Positions 12,922 through 27,063 are shown, counted from the stretch's first letter. The stretch: DNA of 64,000 nt from Octopus vulgaris (GCA_951406725.2 OX597831.1:77562001-77626000), one strand, 5' to 3'. A program made the numbers and translations. Notes: generated from the letters alone by a model not told the origin.

Positions 12922-13555
12922 TATGAGGGGGGGGGTACCCGAAAGAAACCTGAATTTTGAACTATTATTCTATTCACTTAGTTTTATACGTTTACACTTT
13001 TATTGCCTTCGAAGTATTCTCCATTTGAAGCAATGCCTCGGTCCAGACGCGTTCCCATTGTCCGAAGCAATGCCTCGGTCCAGACGCGTTCCCATTGTCC
13101 GAAGCAATGCCTCGGTCCAGACGCGTTCCCATTGTCCGAAGCAATGCCTCGGTCCAGACGCGTTCCCATTGTCCGAAGCAATGCCTCGGTCCAGACGCGT
13201 TCCCATTGTCCGAAGCAATGCCTCGGTCCAGACGCGTTCCCATTGTCCGAAGCAATGCCTCGGTCCAGACGCGTTCCCATTGTCCGAAGCAATGCCTCGG
13301 TCCAGACGCGTTCCCATTGTCCGAAGCAATGCCTCGGTCCAGACGTGTTTCCCATTGTCCGAAGCTGTCCTAGAATCTTGTAAAGTGATGCTTTAAACGC
13401 CTCCGTCATTTTTTTCTTCTTCTTCACTTCTTCCAAATCTACAAATGGCTTTCCTTTAAGGACTTTTTTCATTCGGGAGAACAAAAGAAAGTCGCAACGA
13501 GCAAAATCGGGTAAATAAGTCGGGTGGATAAACAGGGTGAAGCCATTTTTGCTTC
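12922..13555 (-). mobile_element. 3' part of a mariner transposon (transposase C-terminus plus TIR) containing a minisatellite
   Basis: YLPDFARCDFLLFSRMKKVLKGKPFVDLEEVKKK and RLDRGIASNGEYFEG match the mariner YSPDLAPCDF...W..CI...G.YFE pattern; terminus TATGAGGGG. Confidence 0.82.
13027..13365. repeat. 37-bp minisatellite, 9 copies
   Basis: Unit GAAGCAATGCCTCGGTCCAGACGCGTTCCCATTGTCC starts at 13027, 13064, 13101 ... 13323; no spacers. Confidence 0.97.
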
Positions 13556-13595
13556 ATACATATATATATATAACATACATATATTATATATATAT

Positions 13596-13635
<40 letters not shown>

Positions 13636-13847
13636 AGCAAGAAGGGTAGTAATATTATTTACTACCAGGTGCCCAGCACAAAAGACGAATTAGTCATAAG
13701 ACAAAAATATTATTCATATAGAAAAATATTATTCATGTGGTTATACGATTAAGGGCTCCTAAATAAAGATGCCGAGTGCTGGGAACACAAAAAGGGGATG
13801 AATTTATCGAGAGTGAAAATCAAAAACGTTTACCGATAACTTTAACA

Positions 13848-13921
13848 ACTCGTACCGCGGTTTCTGCTTCTTTCTAGCAAAACACAGAATATGTTTGCTA
13901 AGGCTGGCTTCATCAGCGAGT
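13848..13921 (-). ncRNA. Type I hammerhead ribozyme, copy 1
   Basis: Minus strand: ACTCG-CTGATGA-A-GC...TAGCAAAC...GTTTTGCTA...GC-A-GAAAC-CGCG-GTA-CGAGT. Stem I ACTCG/CGAGT, palindromic stem III ACCGCGGT, GUA cleavage triplet (cut between 13853 and 13852). Confidence 0.85.
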
Positions 13922-14293
13922 CGCCTGAATTTAATCGAGGTCTGCAGCGATGTGGGGCTATATGTTAAACCCGACTACTAGCAGATCTTAACTTTTCAAA
14001 TCTCTGCGCAGACGCAAAATTTACACGGGCATGCCGGGAAGAATTTTACGAATAAATTCATCATGTAGTATGCGAATATAAGCAAGAAGGGTAGTAATAT
14101 TATTTACTACCAGGTGCCCAGCACAAAAGACGAATTAGTCATAAGACAAAAATATTATTCATATAGAAAAATATTATTCATGTGGTTATACGATTAAGGG
14201 CTCCTAAATAAAGATGCCGAGTGCTGGGAACACAAAAAGGGGATGAATTTATCGAGAGTGAAAATCAAAAAACGTTTACCGATAACTTTAACA

Positions 14294-14367
14294 ACTCGTA
14301 CCGCGGTTTCTGCTTCTTTCTAGCAAAACACAGAATATGTTTGCTAAGGCTGGCTTCATCAGCGAGT
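14294..14367 (-). ncRNA. Type I hammerhead ribozyme, copy 2
   Basis: Identical to 13848-13921; predicted cut between 14299 and 14298. Confidence 0.85.
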
Positions 14368-14459
14368 CGCCTGAATTTAATCGAGGTCTGCAGCGATGTG
14401 GGGCTATATGTTAAACCCGACTACTAGCAGATCTTAACTTTTCATATATATATATTAAC

Positions 14460-14621
14460 GTAGCCATGCGGTAAGAAGTTTGCTTCCTAACCATATAGTT
14501 GAGGGTTCAGTTCCACTGCATGGCACCTTGGGCAGGTATCTTATAATGTAATTTCGGGCCGACCAAATGGTTTCGATTGAATTTGCTAGACATGAACTGG
14601 AAAAAGCTTGTTACGCACGTA

Positions 14622-14625
<4 letters not shown>
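14460..14625 (+). mobile_element. SINE family A 5' half, degenerate
   Basis: GGTAAGAAGTTTGCTTCCTAACCA...GGTTCAGTTCCACTGCATGGCACCTTGGGCAGG. Confidence 0.75.
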
Positions 14626-14658
<33 letters not shown>

Positions 14659-15029
14659 TGGTCGAGTGTTGGTGTGTTCTTCAACAAGTGGCGAGGACTC
14701 CAACTCCAATTAGTTTGGGAGAGATTCTTGGTCCTATTTTCTGTGCTTTTGCCAAATACAGCGATGTAGTTTACATACACGTGGTAGTGCTGGTGCTGGA
14801 AATTTCCTGGCTTTAAGGGTATCGCGAAGGGCCTGGCTAGAGGCCCAACCTTCTGAGTTCTTTTAGAGGAGTTAGAAAAACTGAAGGACCCTGCAATAAA
14901 TGTGTGAGTCTGAGAGGGAAATATGTTGAATAAAATCATAATTAACTGATCCTCTTGTATTTTCTTTTAGCCAAAGCCAGGAACTTTACAGGACTCCCAC
15001 ATATAATGCTTGCTTTTATGCCTAGTTAC

Positions 15030-15245
15030 AATCCTTTCAACTATAGGAACAGTGTCTGAAATTTGAGGGAGGGGACTAATCGATTACATCGAGCCCAATC
15101 TTTCACTGCTACTTAATTTATCGACCCCGAAAGGATGAAAAGCAAAGTCGGCCTCGGCGGAATTTGAACTCAGAAAGTAAAGACAGACGAAATGCCGTCA
15201 AGGACTTTGTCCTGCGTGCTAACAATTCTGCCATCTCACCGCCTC
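15030..15245 (-). mobile_element. SINE family B variant
   Basis: TCGACCCCGAAAGGATGAAAAGCAAAGTCGGCCTCGGCGGAATTTGAACTCAG. Confidence 0.85.
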
Positions 15246-15399
15246 TATGTCTTGTTACACTAAAAATAGCTCCACACTAAAATGAAGAATTACTCAATAC
15301 ATTTTTCTAGAATACATATTTAGTCTTTAACAAGAATAATATTGACTGTGACTTCGAAGTATGAAAGCGCATGTGCATATATATACACACACATATATA

Positions 15400-15608
15400 T
15401 GGTTAATCCAAACATGAAAACGCAAAGAGAAAACACCAGAACGCTAGGACGTGGAACAAGTATAGTGTTATTGGACGCTCGGGAAAGGAAAGAAAGAGGA
15501 TTTAACGTTTCGAGCGGAGCTTTTCGTCAGAAACATAGAAAAAGGAAAGATCCAAGGAAGGGAAGACGGAGGGAAAAAAATCACCAACGATACACACGCG
15601 CTCACATA
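15400..15608 (-). mobile_element. Short Penelope-like element with minimal hammerhead at 15500-15534
   Basis: Minus strand GTTT-CTGACGA-A-AAGC-TCC-GCTC-GAAAC-GTT-AAAT; homologous to 55311-55516 on the plus strand. Confidence 0.7.
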
Positions 15609-15626
15609 TTAAATGACCGGAAGGGA

Positions 15627-16250
<624 letters not shown>

Positions 16251-16987
16251 GACACGATATATATATACACACATGTGTATATGTACATGCATGTATACAT
16301 GCAATTGTATATATTTCAGCATATGCATGCGTATATATGTGTGTGTGTGTGTGTGTTTTTGTGCGTGTATATGTGTGTGCTTGTGTGTGTCTGTGTGTGT
16401 ATATTTTGCGTCTCTAAATGCGTCTATTCGTTTTCATGCACAGAAGTACACGCATACCCATCCAAGTGAACCAATTTTATTTAATACTATCCTCAAAGAC
16501 GATTCGGCAATTACGACGGAAGGAATGGTGTAATATTAGCTTTGAAAGTAAAACGGTAAATGCCGGTTATAAAAGCAAGAATTGGTGGCTGAAAATCGAA
16601 TTACGAAACAGCTTTGGAAAGCTAAATTTTATCGAAGAACAGAATATATAATAATAGTGATCCTAGTACATTAATGGCTGACGTGTGTATCTCTTCTTAT
16701 GTACTGACAAGCATGTGACAGAAGATGCTAATGAACAATGAGATATTCGAGCGTTTGTCTTTGAAGAAGAAATTGGTTCGGCTGTCTTCTGTTGTAGTAT
16801 AATTGGATAAGTTAATCAGATGCATGTTACACACAACACACACACAGCATCGTGCGAATCTCTGCATATACATATATATATATGTTTATATATATGCGTA
16901 TATATGTATATATATATGCGTATATATACATTCGAGTGTCTACATATATAACTACGTGTATCTGTACATGTATATATTTTTGTGTGC

Positions 16988-17027
<40 letters not shown>

Positions 17028-17590
17028 GCGTGTACACGGATATATCAACGTTTATATATACACGTGTGTATATACATACTTGGATGTATATATATATATA
17101 TATATATATTTGTGCATATAAGTGTAATAGCATGATTGCATTTTGTGTTTATATTTGTGTGTAAGTGTATATGTGTATATGCATGTTTGTGTATGTGCAT
17201 ACACATACTGGCGTATGATTATATAAGTGTGTGTGTGAGTATGCATGCTTGTATATTTCTGTGTATATATGTATGAACGTATGTGAGTGTGTATATATAT
17301 TTATATATATATATATATCTGTGTGTGTGTGTATTTGCGGCTTTTTTGCGTGCACATAAGTATATAAAGGTACGTTTCTCAGTTCCTACACACACTCACA
17401 CACACACACACACACATTAATTTTCATAAATATTCCGGTTGCATTCTTTTATTAATCGCGTTCTACACAAACACACACACACACATACACACACAAACAC
17501 ATTCCATACACACTAAGACCATCTCTTAGAATTTATTTTCAAATGTTCCATTGTATAAAGTTCTTGCAATTAACTAGATATAACACATGA

Positions 17591-17667
<77 letters not shown>

Positions 17668-17674
17668 CATACAT

Positions 17675-17711
<37 letters not shown>

Positions 17712-18339
17712 TATACATATATATATATATTTAGATGTATATATATATACATATTTATATATATATTTATATGTATATATATATATATACATATATATAT
17801 GTATATATATATATATGTGTGTGTATGTATATATATGTATATATATATATATATAAATAATATAAATATATACATACTTACATACACCTTCGTTTCTCAG
17901 TAAAGTTATGTTTAAATTTTCACTTTCATATATATTTCTTTTACATCTTCATTTATTGAAACTAAATATCGTAATATTTAATATCGCCAACACTTTGATT
18001 TATGGCTTTTGAAATAATACATTAAATTTCCTTTTGGCAACGATTCTTTGTGTATATATGTGGAGTATTTAACATAAAATGTTTCTAAAATGAAAAGAGC
18101 AATTTATCATTGCGGTAATTTAATTGAGAGATGAGACGTTCGGTGCAAAACTGTATAAAAACGACAATACACAAAATAAAATATTGCCACCGCCAGTTTA
18201 CTGATCACCTGATACAAATGGTATGGCAACGAGGCTTGAAATATGTCTTGTTTTATTGCTTCTACTTGATTCAGTCGTTTGGTGGCGGCCATGCTGGAGC
18301 GTCCGACTTGTAGAATTTAGCCGAACAAATCTACCTCGG

Positions 18340-18700
18340 TACTTATTGTCCAAATGTTCTCTGAAAACATCGACACCTCTCAGAACTCTGAGCTTGTTTG
18401 GAAGAATGTTGAAAAGATGTTGGCCCTAGAAAACTAAGCTGTTGGATTTGAGGACCGTTTCTCTAGTGGAGAGGAAAAGGATTTTTTGGTACAATGCGGT
18501 GGCGTTCAGTTCGGAGTTTGGTAAAGCTGTTAGACTTAAAGTCGAGAGTTAAACCTACCAGGATCTTCCATCTGTATATAACTGAGCCTTCTCTTTTGGA
18601 AGTCCAGCCGCACTTCTTAAAGTCTATTCCAGAAGTGATCGAAGGTTTACTGGGTTTGTGTACCAAACACTTGCGTGCTTCCCGCGCGGTTGAATGGTTA
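18340..18700 (-). mobile_element. CR1-like LINE ORF2 C-terminal fragment, degenerate
   Basis: Minus-strand frames give SVIYRWKILVGL and NSLVF*GQHLFNILPNKLRVLRGVDVFREHLD, the typical CR1-group ORF2 tail. Confidence 0.65.
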
Positions 18701-18709
18701 GTGACTACA

Positions 18710-18745
<36 letters not shown>

Positions 18746-18787
18746 GCTGCTACTACTACTACCACTACAACAACAACTGCTGCTACA

Positions 18788-19190
18788 TGTTGCCATCCTT
18801 TTGTCTCGGGATGCAATGGAGTTGCGCATAAACTAATCCAGTCTGGTTTTCACATTTCATGTCCTCTCCAGGTTTGCGCAGGCCTAGGCCAGATGTAAGA
18901 AAATCCTGGGTAGCCCAATCGTTAGGATTCCTCCCTTGACCTTCCTGACATAGTCCAAAGGAGTGCAGAGCATTACGTTTGGCACCAGCTTGGTTGCAGG
19001 AGCTGCCGGAAGAGTGTCGAGTCGAACACTAAACAGCCTACGGGGCTCCACTCAGGATTACTTTGAAGGTTGGCTCCTTTTATGTATACCCTGGATAGGG
19101 ACCCATACCGGGTTCTATCAACCGGAGTCAGCTGAGCCCCGGACTCATGTCAGGCAGGGTCGTCACTTGCTGAAGCAGTGAAGAAAATCG
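18788..19190 (-). mobile_element. Probable 5' UTR region of an RTE/Vingi-type LINE, between (ACT)n arrays
   Basis: Non-coding, GC-richer block with ACGTTTGGCACCAGCTTGGTTGCAGGAGCTGCCGGAAG, which I recall from LINE 5' regions (unverified). Confidence 0.4.
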
Positions 19191-19200
19191 CTACCAACTA

Positions 19201-19278
<78 letters not shown>

Positions 19279-19440
19279 ACTACTACTACTACTAATACAA
19301 CAACAATAACTACTACTACTATTATTACAACAACAACTACTACTACTACTACTACCACCACTACAACAACAACTACTGCTACTACTACTACTACTACTAC
19401 TACCACTGCTGCTACTACAACTACTACCACCACTACAATA

Positions 19441-19498
<58 letters not shown>

Positions 19499-20800
19499 GG
19501 GCAGAATTGGATGAGCGTCCGCAGAAATGCCGTGTGTCATTCCTTGCAACTGGTTACGTTCCGAGTTCCAATTCCTCCGAGGTCGACTTGGTCATATTTT
19601 TCTCTTTTTAATACTGTTTCAGTGACTCATCTGTTGCGCGTTCTTTGAGTTGTAGCGTTGGACTGCTTCGAGTCCCACGGTTCGATCGACGCTTTTTGGG
19701 ACCAAAATTGCGAGACGTAATCTAAGTAACTGACGTGTGTGTGTGTGTGTATTAATATATACATGTGTGTGTGTGTTAATATACATGTGCGTGTGTGATA
19801 ATATACATGCGTGTGTGTTTATGTGTGTATGTGTGTGTGGCGGGTAGACAAGCATAACACGCAGTTATGTATATATATATATATATATGCATTTGCGTAT
19901 TTTGTATGTGTACACACACACACACACACACACACATACGCACAAACATATATGTATGTAAGTGTTTGCCATCTGACCGTTAACATACGTTTGTGTATGT
20001 ATATATATATGTGTGTGCATGTATATGTGTGTGTGTGTGTATGTGTGTATATGTATGTATGTGTGTGTATGTGTGTGTGTGTATGTGTATAGTACTTATT
20101 GTTGTTTTTCCCGCCACATCATGTTTGGTATTTTGGAGGATAGTTCAAACAGAGGTTTCGTTGGTTATAGTTTAATATAACCCAGCCTGCATTTCCAGTG
20201 TCATGTCCCATCACAAAGACGGATCGGGTTACATCCCAACCACATAAGACTGCCATAGAAATGTCCATTAAAGGTTCAAATGACAAGCTTTAATACGAAA
20301 TAAAACAGAACCAAAAATATATAACTTTCTGTTTATTTTCTTCTCTTTCTAGCTTGTCTCTCACCTTTGTCTCTACCTGTAGCTATACGAGTGTATATAT
20401 GTATATATTCATGTATGTGTGTGTGTGCGTGCGTATGTGTGTATGTTCGTGTGTGTATATGTGTATGTGTGTGTATGTGTATGAGTTTGTATGTGTACGT
20501 GTGTGTGTGTATGTGTGTGTGTGCATTTATATATGAATGTTTGCATGTATGTGACTGTCTCTCCATATATGCTTGCAATTTTTCTTTCTATCGACACATG
20601 TGTACATAATATAACGCGTTTGTGTAGAGTGTAATTTGTATGTGTGTCTGTGTGTGTGGTATAATGCGTGTGAGTGGGTGTGTGGTATACTGTGTATGTG
20701 TATAGTGTAATATAATGGCAGGGGAGAGGGTGGGTGTCTGTGCTACTAAGTTAACGTGGAGTTTGTGAATGTTTATCTATAAATTATTTATCAAAATATA

Positions 20801-22048
20801 TTAGGTCGTCAAGTATGAAATTTGTAGGAAAGAAAAATATATTTGCTAATGTTTTATAAATACAAGGAATAGTTTTATTCGTCAAGGTATGCACCCATAT
20901 CGTCAAAACACTTTTACCATTTCAGCGGTAGCTTGTCCAGCCCGGAATTGTAAAAGCCTGGCAATCTAGAGTCAATAAAATCTTGGAAGGCCTGTTTTAC
21001 AGCATCGTCGGAATTAAATGTTTTTCCTATCAAAAACTTATCCAAATTCTGGAAGAAGCGGTAGTCAGTGGGGGCAAGATCAGGTGAGGATGGTGGATGA
21101 TGGAGAACTTCCAACTCCAACTCCTGTAGTTTCGCTAAGGTCATTTTTGCGATGTGTGGTCTGGCGTTGTCATGCAATAAAATAGGAGTAGATCTGTTGA
21201 CTAATCTAGGCTGTTTTTTGTAAGTTTCTGCATCATTTGGTCCAGCTGGCTGCAGTATACTCGGCCGTGGTTGATGAACCAGGTTTAATGAAGTCATAAT
21301 AAATCACCAAACACATACCATCAGCTTCTTTTGATGAATTTTGCTTTTTGGACTGTTTTGGTGGTTCGTCTTTGTCCAACCATTGTGCTGAACGCTTTCA
21401 GTTGTTGTAGTGGATCCATTTCTCATCATATGTTAGAATTCGATTCAAAAATGATTAATTTTTGTGACGAGAAAGTAGCACAATGCAGGCTTCCAAACGT
21501 TGCTGTTTCTGATTTTCATTGAGTTCATGTGGAACCCACTTATCCAACCTTTTTCACTTTACCGATTTGAACTAGGTGAGTCGATATTGTTTGCTTGTTA
21601 ACACCAAACAACTTGAGATGGATCTGACTCGATGGAGGCTTTCAGTTTCTCCTTATCAACCTTTGCTTCTGGTCGACCGTGTTGCTCATTTGTGAGGTCA
21701 AAGTTACCAGAACGAAATTTTGCGAACCAATTTGGTACTGCCTGCTGTGTAATAACATTAGAATGAAATACTCCATTAATATTTCGAGTTGTCTGTGATG
21801 CAGTATTTCCAAGAAAGAACTCATATTTCAAGACTGTACGAATTTCCGAGTTAGCCATCTCTAAACAAAAATAGCAAAAAACGATTTATAAATACTTTAT
21901 AAAGCGCAAAATGAGTTTGAATAAGGAAATAGATGTGTCAGCTTTCTAACAAAATATAAAGTTTGTCAAAATATAATAATGGCGCAAAATGAGCAGCTGT
22001 CAAAGTTTATAATATACCTTACTACAAATTTTATACTTGACGACCTAA
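20801..22048 (-). mobile_element. Near full-length mariner transposon (~1.25 kb) with TIRs
   Basis: TIRs TTAGGTCGTCAAGTATGAAATTTGTAG / CTACAAATTTTATACTTGACGACCTAA; TA at the left flank. Confidence 0.95.
20875..21858 (-). pseudogene. Mariner DD34D transposase pseudogene (stops, frameshifts, deletions)
   Basis: MANSEIRTVLKYEF...NWFAKFRSGNFDL, WVPHEL, LLHDNARPH, HPPSSPDLAPTDY, ends GAYLDE*. Confidence 0.93.
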
Positions 22049-22259
22049 ATTAAGTTGCTGAATTATTAGTAATTATATATTTAAAATTTCCCTCGCGACC
22101 ATTTGGTCTCCTTATTTACATCCTTTCGGCTCTTTTTCGACTAAAATATACAAATCATATTTGTCTGATAATGTATGAATCTCACTTTGATTATATTAAA
22201 TTATCCATATATCTTCGGCTATACTAATGAGATCACACCCAGGCTGAAACGCATACATG

Positions 22260-22296
<37 letters not shown>

Positions 22297-22357
22297 ATAC
22301 ATACATACATACATACATACATAAATACATACATACATACATACATACACACATGCC

Positions 22358-22462
22358 CTGTTGTTGATGTTGAAATTCCAATAATGAAGCCTTGGATCTA
22401 GGTTAGAAACCGGCTCTTTCTCTGTTGGCGAGAAGTCTTGAAATAAAACTGGATAATGACAT
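22358..22462 (+). mobile_element. ~105-bp retroposon 3'-end fragment with (CATA)n tail
   Basis: CTGTTGTTGATGTTGAAATTCC...GGATCTAGGTTAGAAACCGGCTC...AATAAAACTGGATAATGACATACATAC; second copy at 7168-7271. Confidence 0.7.
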
Positions 22463-22783
22463 ACATACATACGTGCACACACACACGCACACACATCCAT
22501 ACACACACACAGACACACACACACTTACACGCACACAAACATGAGTGAGTGGACAAAAGAAAGGGCACTCAACACATTTATTGGGAGTTAGATGTATTAT
22601 TCAAAACAGTTTGATACGGACTCCGTGTTAGTCCAAGTTTCAAGACTCCTAACGAGGTCTGTCCCCTGAAGGTGTCCCCGGGATGTCCGAATATACATAC
22701 ATATATATATACAGCATGATGGTGTAATCCGAATGTGTGTGTGTGTGTTCGTGCGTGCGTGCGTGCGTGTGTGTGTGTGTTTG

Positions 22784-22823
<40 letters not shown>

Positions 22824-22824
<1 letters not shown>

Positions 22825-23239
22825 GCAAAAACTGAGCAAATATAAAGATCTTGAAATAGAAATCAGAAAAAATGTGGAACCTGAAGACTAAAACAATACC
22901 TGTTGTCATAGGTGCCCTGGGAATGATAGCAAAAGGGGCTGATTGCTACCTAACTCAGGTACCAGGAAACCCCAAAATGGCAGAAATTCAAAAGATAGTG
23001 CTTATGGGAACTGCTCATATCCTACGCAAAATACTCTCTATGTAATCCCAAGGTTTAACACAAACTTTTTTTTTTTAAATTTATTTATTAGACATTCACT
23101 AGTACAACACCAAAAAAACCCCCAAATATATGGCACACTAGGCATAACAACAACGTGAACTTCCAACCTGTTGTCTCTTGAGGTCTCTGGGTGAGACTTG
23201 GAGTCAACTTGTACAAACATAAAGCAAATGTCAAACATA

Positions 23240-23240
<1 letters not shown>
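22824..23240 (+). mobile_element. R4/Dong family A copy 2 (last ~220 bp of ORF plus 3' UTR) in (AAT)n
   Basis: QKLSKYKDLEIEI...AEIQKIVLMGTAHILRKILSM*, same 3' UTR ending GTCAAACATAG(AAT)n; (AAT)n on both sides. Confidence 0.93.
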
Positions 23241-23332
<92 letters not shown>

Positions 23333-23648
23333 TAATAACAATAATAATAATAATAATAATAATAAACCACAAATCTTGTAAATACAGCATACCCAGTGGT
23401 TCCGGCTCGAAATAATAATTGCGCCATTTATCAAGCTGAGAACGAGACCATTTGTCAGTTGTCTTGGTAACGTGTAAACGCGAGGTTCTTTCCTTTGCCT
23501 CTAAAAATTTCAATCCAACTGCGAAATTATTAATTTCAGGTGATTATTGCCCCCCCCGACCCGCCCAGCTCAGTCTCTGCGAATTATCTTCCCTTCTATA
23601 TAAATGGCAAGAATTACCTTCCCGTACTCTTCGACTGAATGTTGTACC

Positions 23649-24011
23649 GTGGCACTCCGTCGGTTACGACAACGTGGGTTCCAGTTGATCCGAACAACGG
23701 AACAACCTGCTCGTGCAATTAAAGTGCAAGTGGCCGAGTACTCCAGAGACACGTGTACCCTTAACGTAGTTCTCGGGGAGATTCAGCATGACAGAGAGTG
23801 TGACAAAGCTGACCTTTTGAAATACAGCTACAACAACAACAGGAAGAAAGAGTGAGAGAAAGTTGTTTGAAAGAATACAGCAGGGTTCGCCACCACTCCC
23901 TGCCGGAGCATCGTGGAGCTATTAGGTGTTTTCGTTAAATAAACACTCAGAACGCCCTGTCTGGGAATCGAAACCGCGATCCTACCATCGCGAGTCCGCT
24001 GCCCTAACCAC
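23649..24011 (-). mobile_element. SINE family C, slightly 5'-truncated
   Basis: Reverse complement of 15896-16250. Confidence 0.88.
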
Positions 24012-24205
24012 AAATCTTGTATATATCAAAGATGTATCGTATACGGTATTCTGTTCATATCTTATTGATTTGTAATTCAAATTTGCGTCAATGGCTTCTT
24101 TGAATAACTTTCTCTTAATCATTTTTCATTTAAATTATGTAAATTACTTCGTTTTTGGATTTGGTTTGCAAGATTCTTTATGTGAGTTCGTGTGTTGAAG
24201 CATGT

Positions 24206-24484
24206 TCTGTTCTGTCTGGGGAGAGTCATTCTCTTTTGGTGCCTAATAATCTAACACACTCACCCGTAAAATTTCCACTTATTTTTTTTTATTCTGCTAA
24301 AATTTTCGTTGCGTTTTACAGCCTTTTCAATAGTTTTAAAACTATAAAGTCAAAATTACTGAAAAGGTTGCAAGACGCAACGAAAATTTTAGCAGAATAA
24401 AAAAGAAATAAGTGGAAATTTTACGGGTGAGTGTGTTACATCATTAGGCACCAAAAGAGAATGACTCTCTCCCGACACAACAGA
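24206..24484. repeat. Long inverted repeat (~125-bp arms) with a hammerhead-like motif in each arm
   Basis: GAGAGTCATTCTCTTTTGGTGCCTAAT...CACTCACCCGTAAAATTTCCACTTA versus TAAGTGGAAATTTTACGGGTGAGTG...ATTAGGCACCAAAAGAGAATGACTCTC. Confidence 0.92.
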
Positions 24485-24550
24485 TTATGTAAATGACCTT
24501 AGACTAAAAACACACTAAACTCCATTTCTATAAAATTGTCCATTGTGGAA

Positions 24551-24930
24551 GCACTCCGTCGGTTACGACGACGAGGGTTCCGGTTGATTCGAATCAACGG
24601 AACAGCCTGCTCGTGAAATTAACGTGTAAGTGACTGAGCACTCCACAGACACGTGTACCCTTAACGTAGTTCTCGGGGATATTCAGCGTGACACAGAGAG
24701 TGACTAGGCCGGCCCTTTGAAATACAGGTACAACAGAAACAGGAAGTAAGAGTGAGAGAAAGTTGTGGTGAAAGAGTACAGCAGGGATCACCACCATCCC
24801 CTGCCGGAGCCTCGTGGAGCTTTTAGGTGTTTTCGCTCAATAAATACTCACAACGCCCGGTTGGGGAATCGAAACCGCGATCCTACGACCGCGAGTCCGC
24901 TGCCCTAACCACTGGGCCATTACGCCTCCA
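24551..24930 (-). mobile_element. SINE family C, full length
   Basis: Ends GCCCTAACCACTGGGCCATTACGCCTCC. Confidence 0.9.
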
Positions 24931-25207
24931 CAAAATTGTCCATTATATCTATTGGAAAACAACAAGTCCTCTGCTCTGCTCTGACTAACTCTGCTCTGAC
25001 TACACGTTTGACAAGTAATACACTTGTCTAAGTTATGTCGTCGGTCGTCATCTTTCTTGTCAAATTTCTGAGGTTTTAATCGTTGCTGTTACGCTTTTAT
25101 TCATGGTGGGTTTAACCCGTGTAGAATAGTCTATGCAGTTCTGGATTTCTTGATCTGTGATTCACGGATTTTCACACACTGTGAGTGTGTGTGTATACAC
25201 ACATATA

Positions 25208-25626
25208 TACTCTTTTACTCTCTTTTACTTTTTTACTTGTTTCAGTCATTTGACTGCGGCCATGCTGGAGCACCGCCTTTAATCGAGCAACTCGACCCCG
25301 GGATTTATTCTTTTTGTAAGCCCAGTACTTATTCTATCGGTCTCTTTTGCCGAACCGCTATGTAACGGGGACATAAACACACCAGCATCGGTTGTCAAGC
25401 AATGCTGGAGGGACAAACACAGACACACAAACACACACACATACATATACATATATATACATATATACGATGGGCTTCTTTCAGTTTCCGTCTACCAAAT
25501 CCACTCACAAGGCTTTGGTCGGCCCGAGGCTATAGCAGAAGACACTCGCCCAAGGTGCCACGCAGTGGGACTGAACCCGGAACCATGTGGTTGGTAGACA
25601 AGCTACTTACCACACAGCCACTCCTG
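25208..25626 (-). mobile_element. SINE family A, full length
   Basis: Reverse complement of 3047-3480. Confidence 0.9.

Positions 25627-27061
<1,435 letters not shown>

Positions 27062-27063
<2 letters not shown>

Larger units (their letters stand above)
13633..14444 (-). mobile_element. Retrozyme-like / Penelope pLTR-like partial tandem (446-bp period, ~1.8 copies) with a hammerhead ribozyme in each copy
   Basis: 13633-13998 is repeated at 14078-14444 (identical by eye except one extra A); flanked by (TA)n; hammerhead in both copies. Confidence 0.8.

Noticed and set aside
13027-13365. CRISPR-like 37-bp repeats
   Set aside because: Units are contiguous with no spacers, derive from mariner coding sequence, and no cas genes are present.
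14221-14427. 68-aa ORF in the tandem unit
   Set aside because: Disrupted by a 1-nt indel in the other copy, antisense to the ribozyme, no recognisable domain.
23365-24022. 16-bp direct repeat AACCACAAATCTTGTA as a TSD
   Set aside because: Partly overlaps the SINE head sequence and encloses unrelated DNA; cannot be assigned to one insertion.
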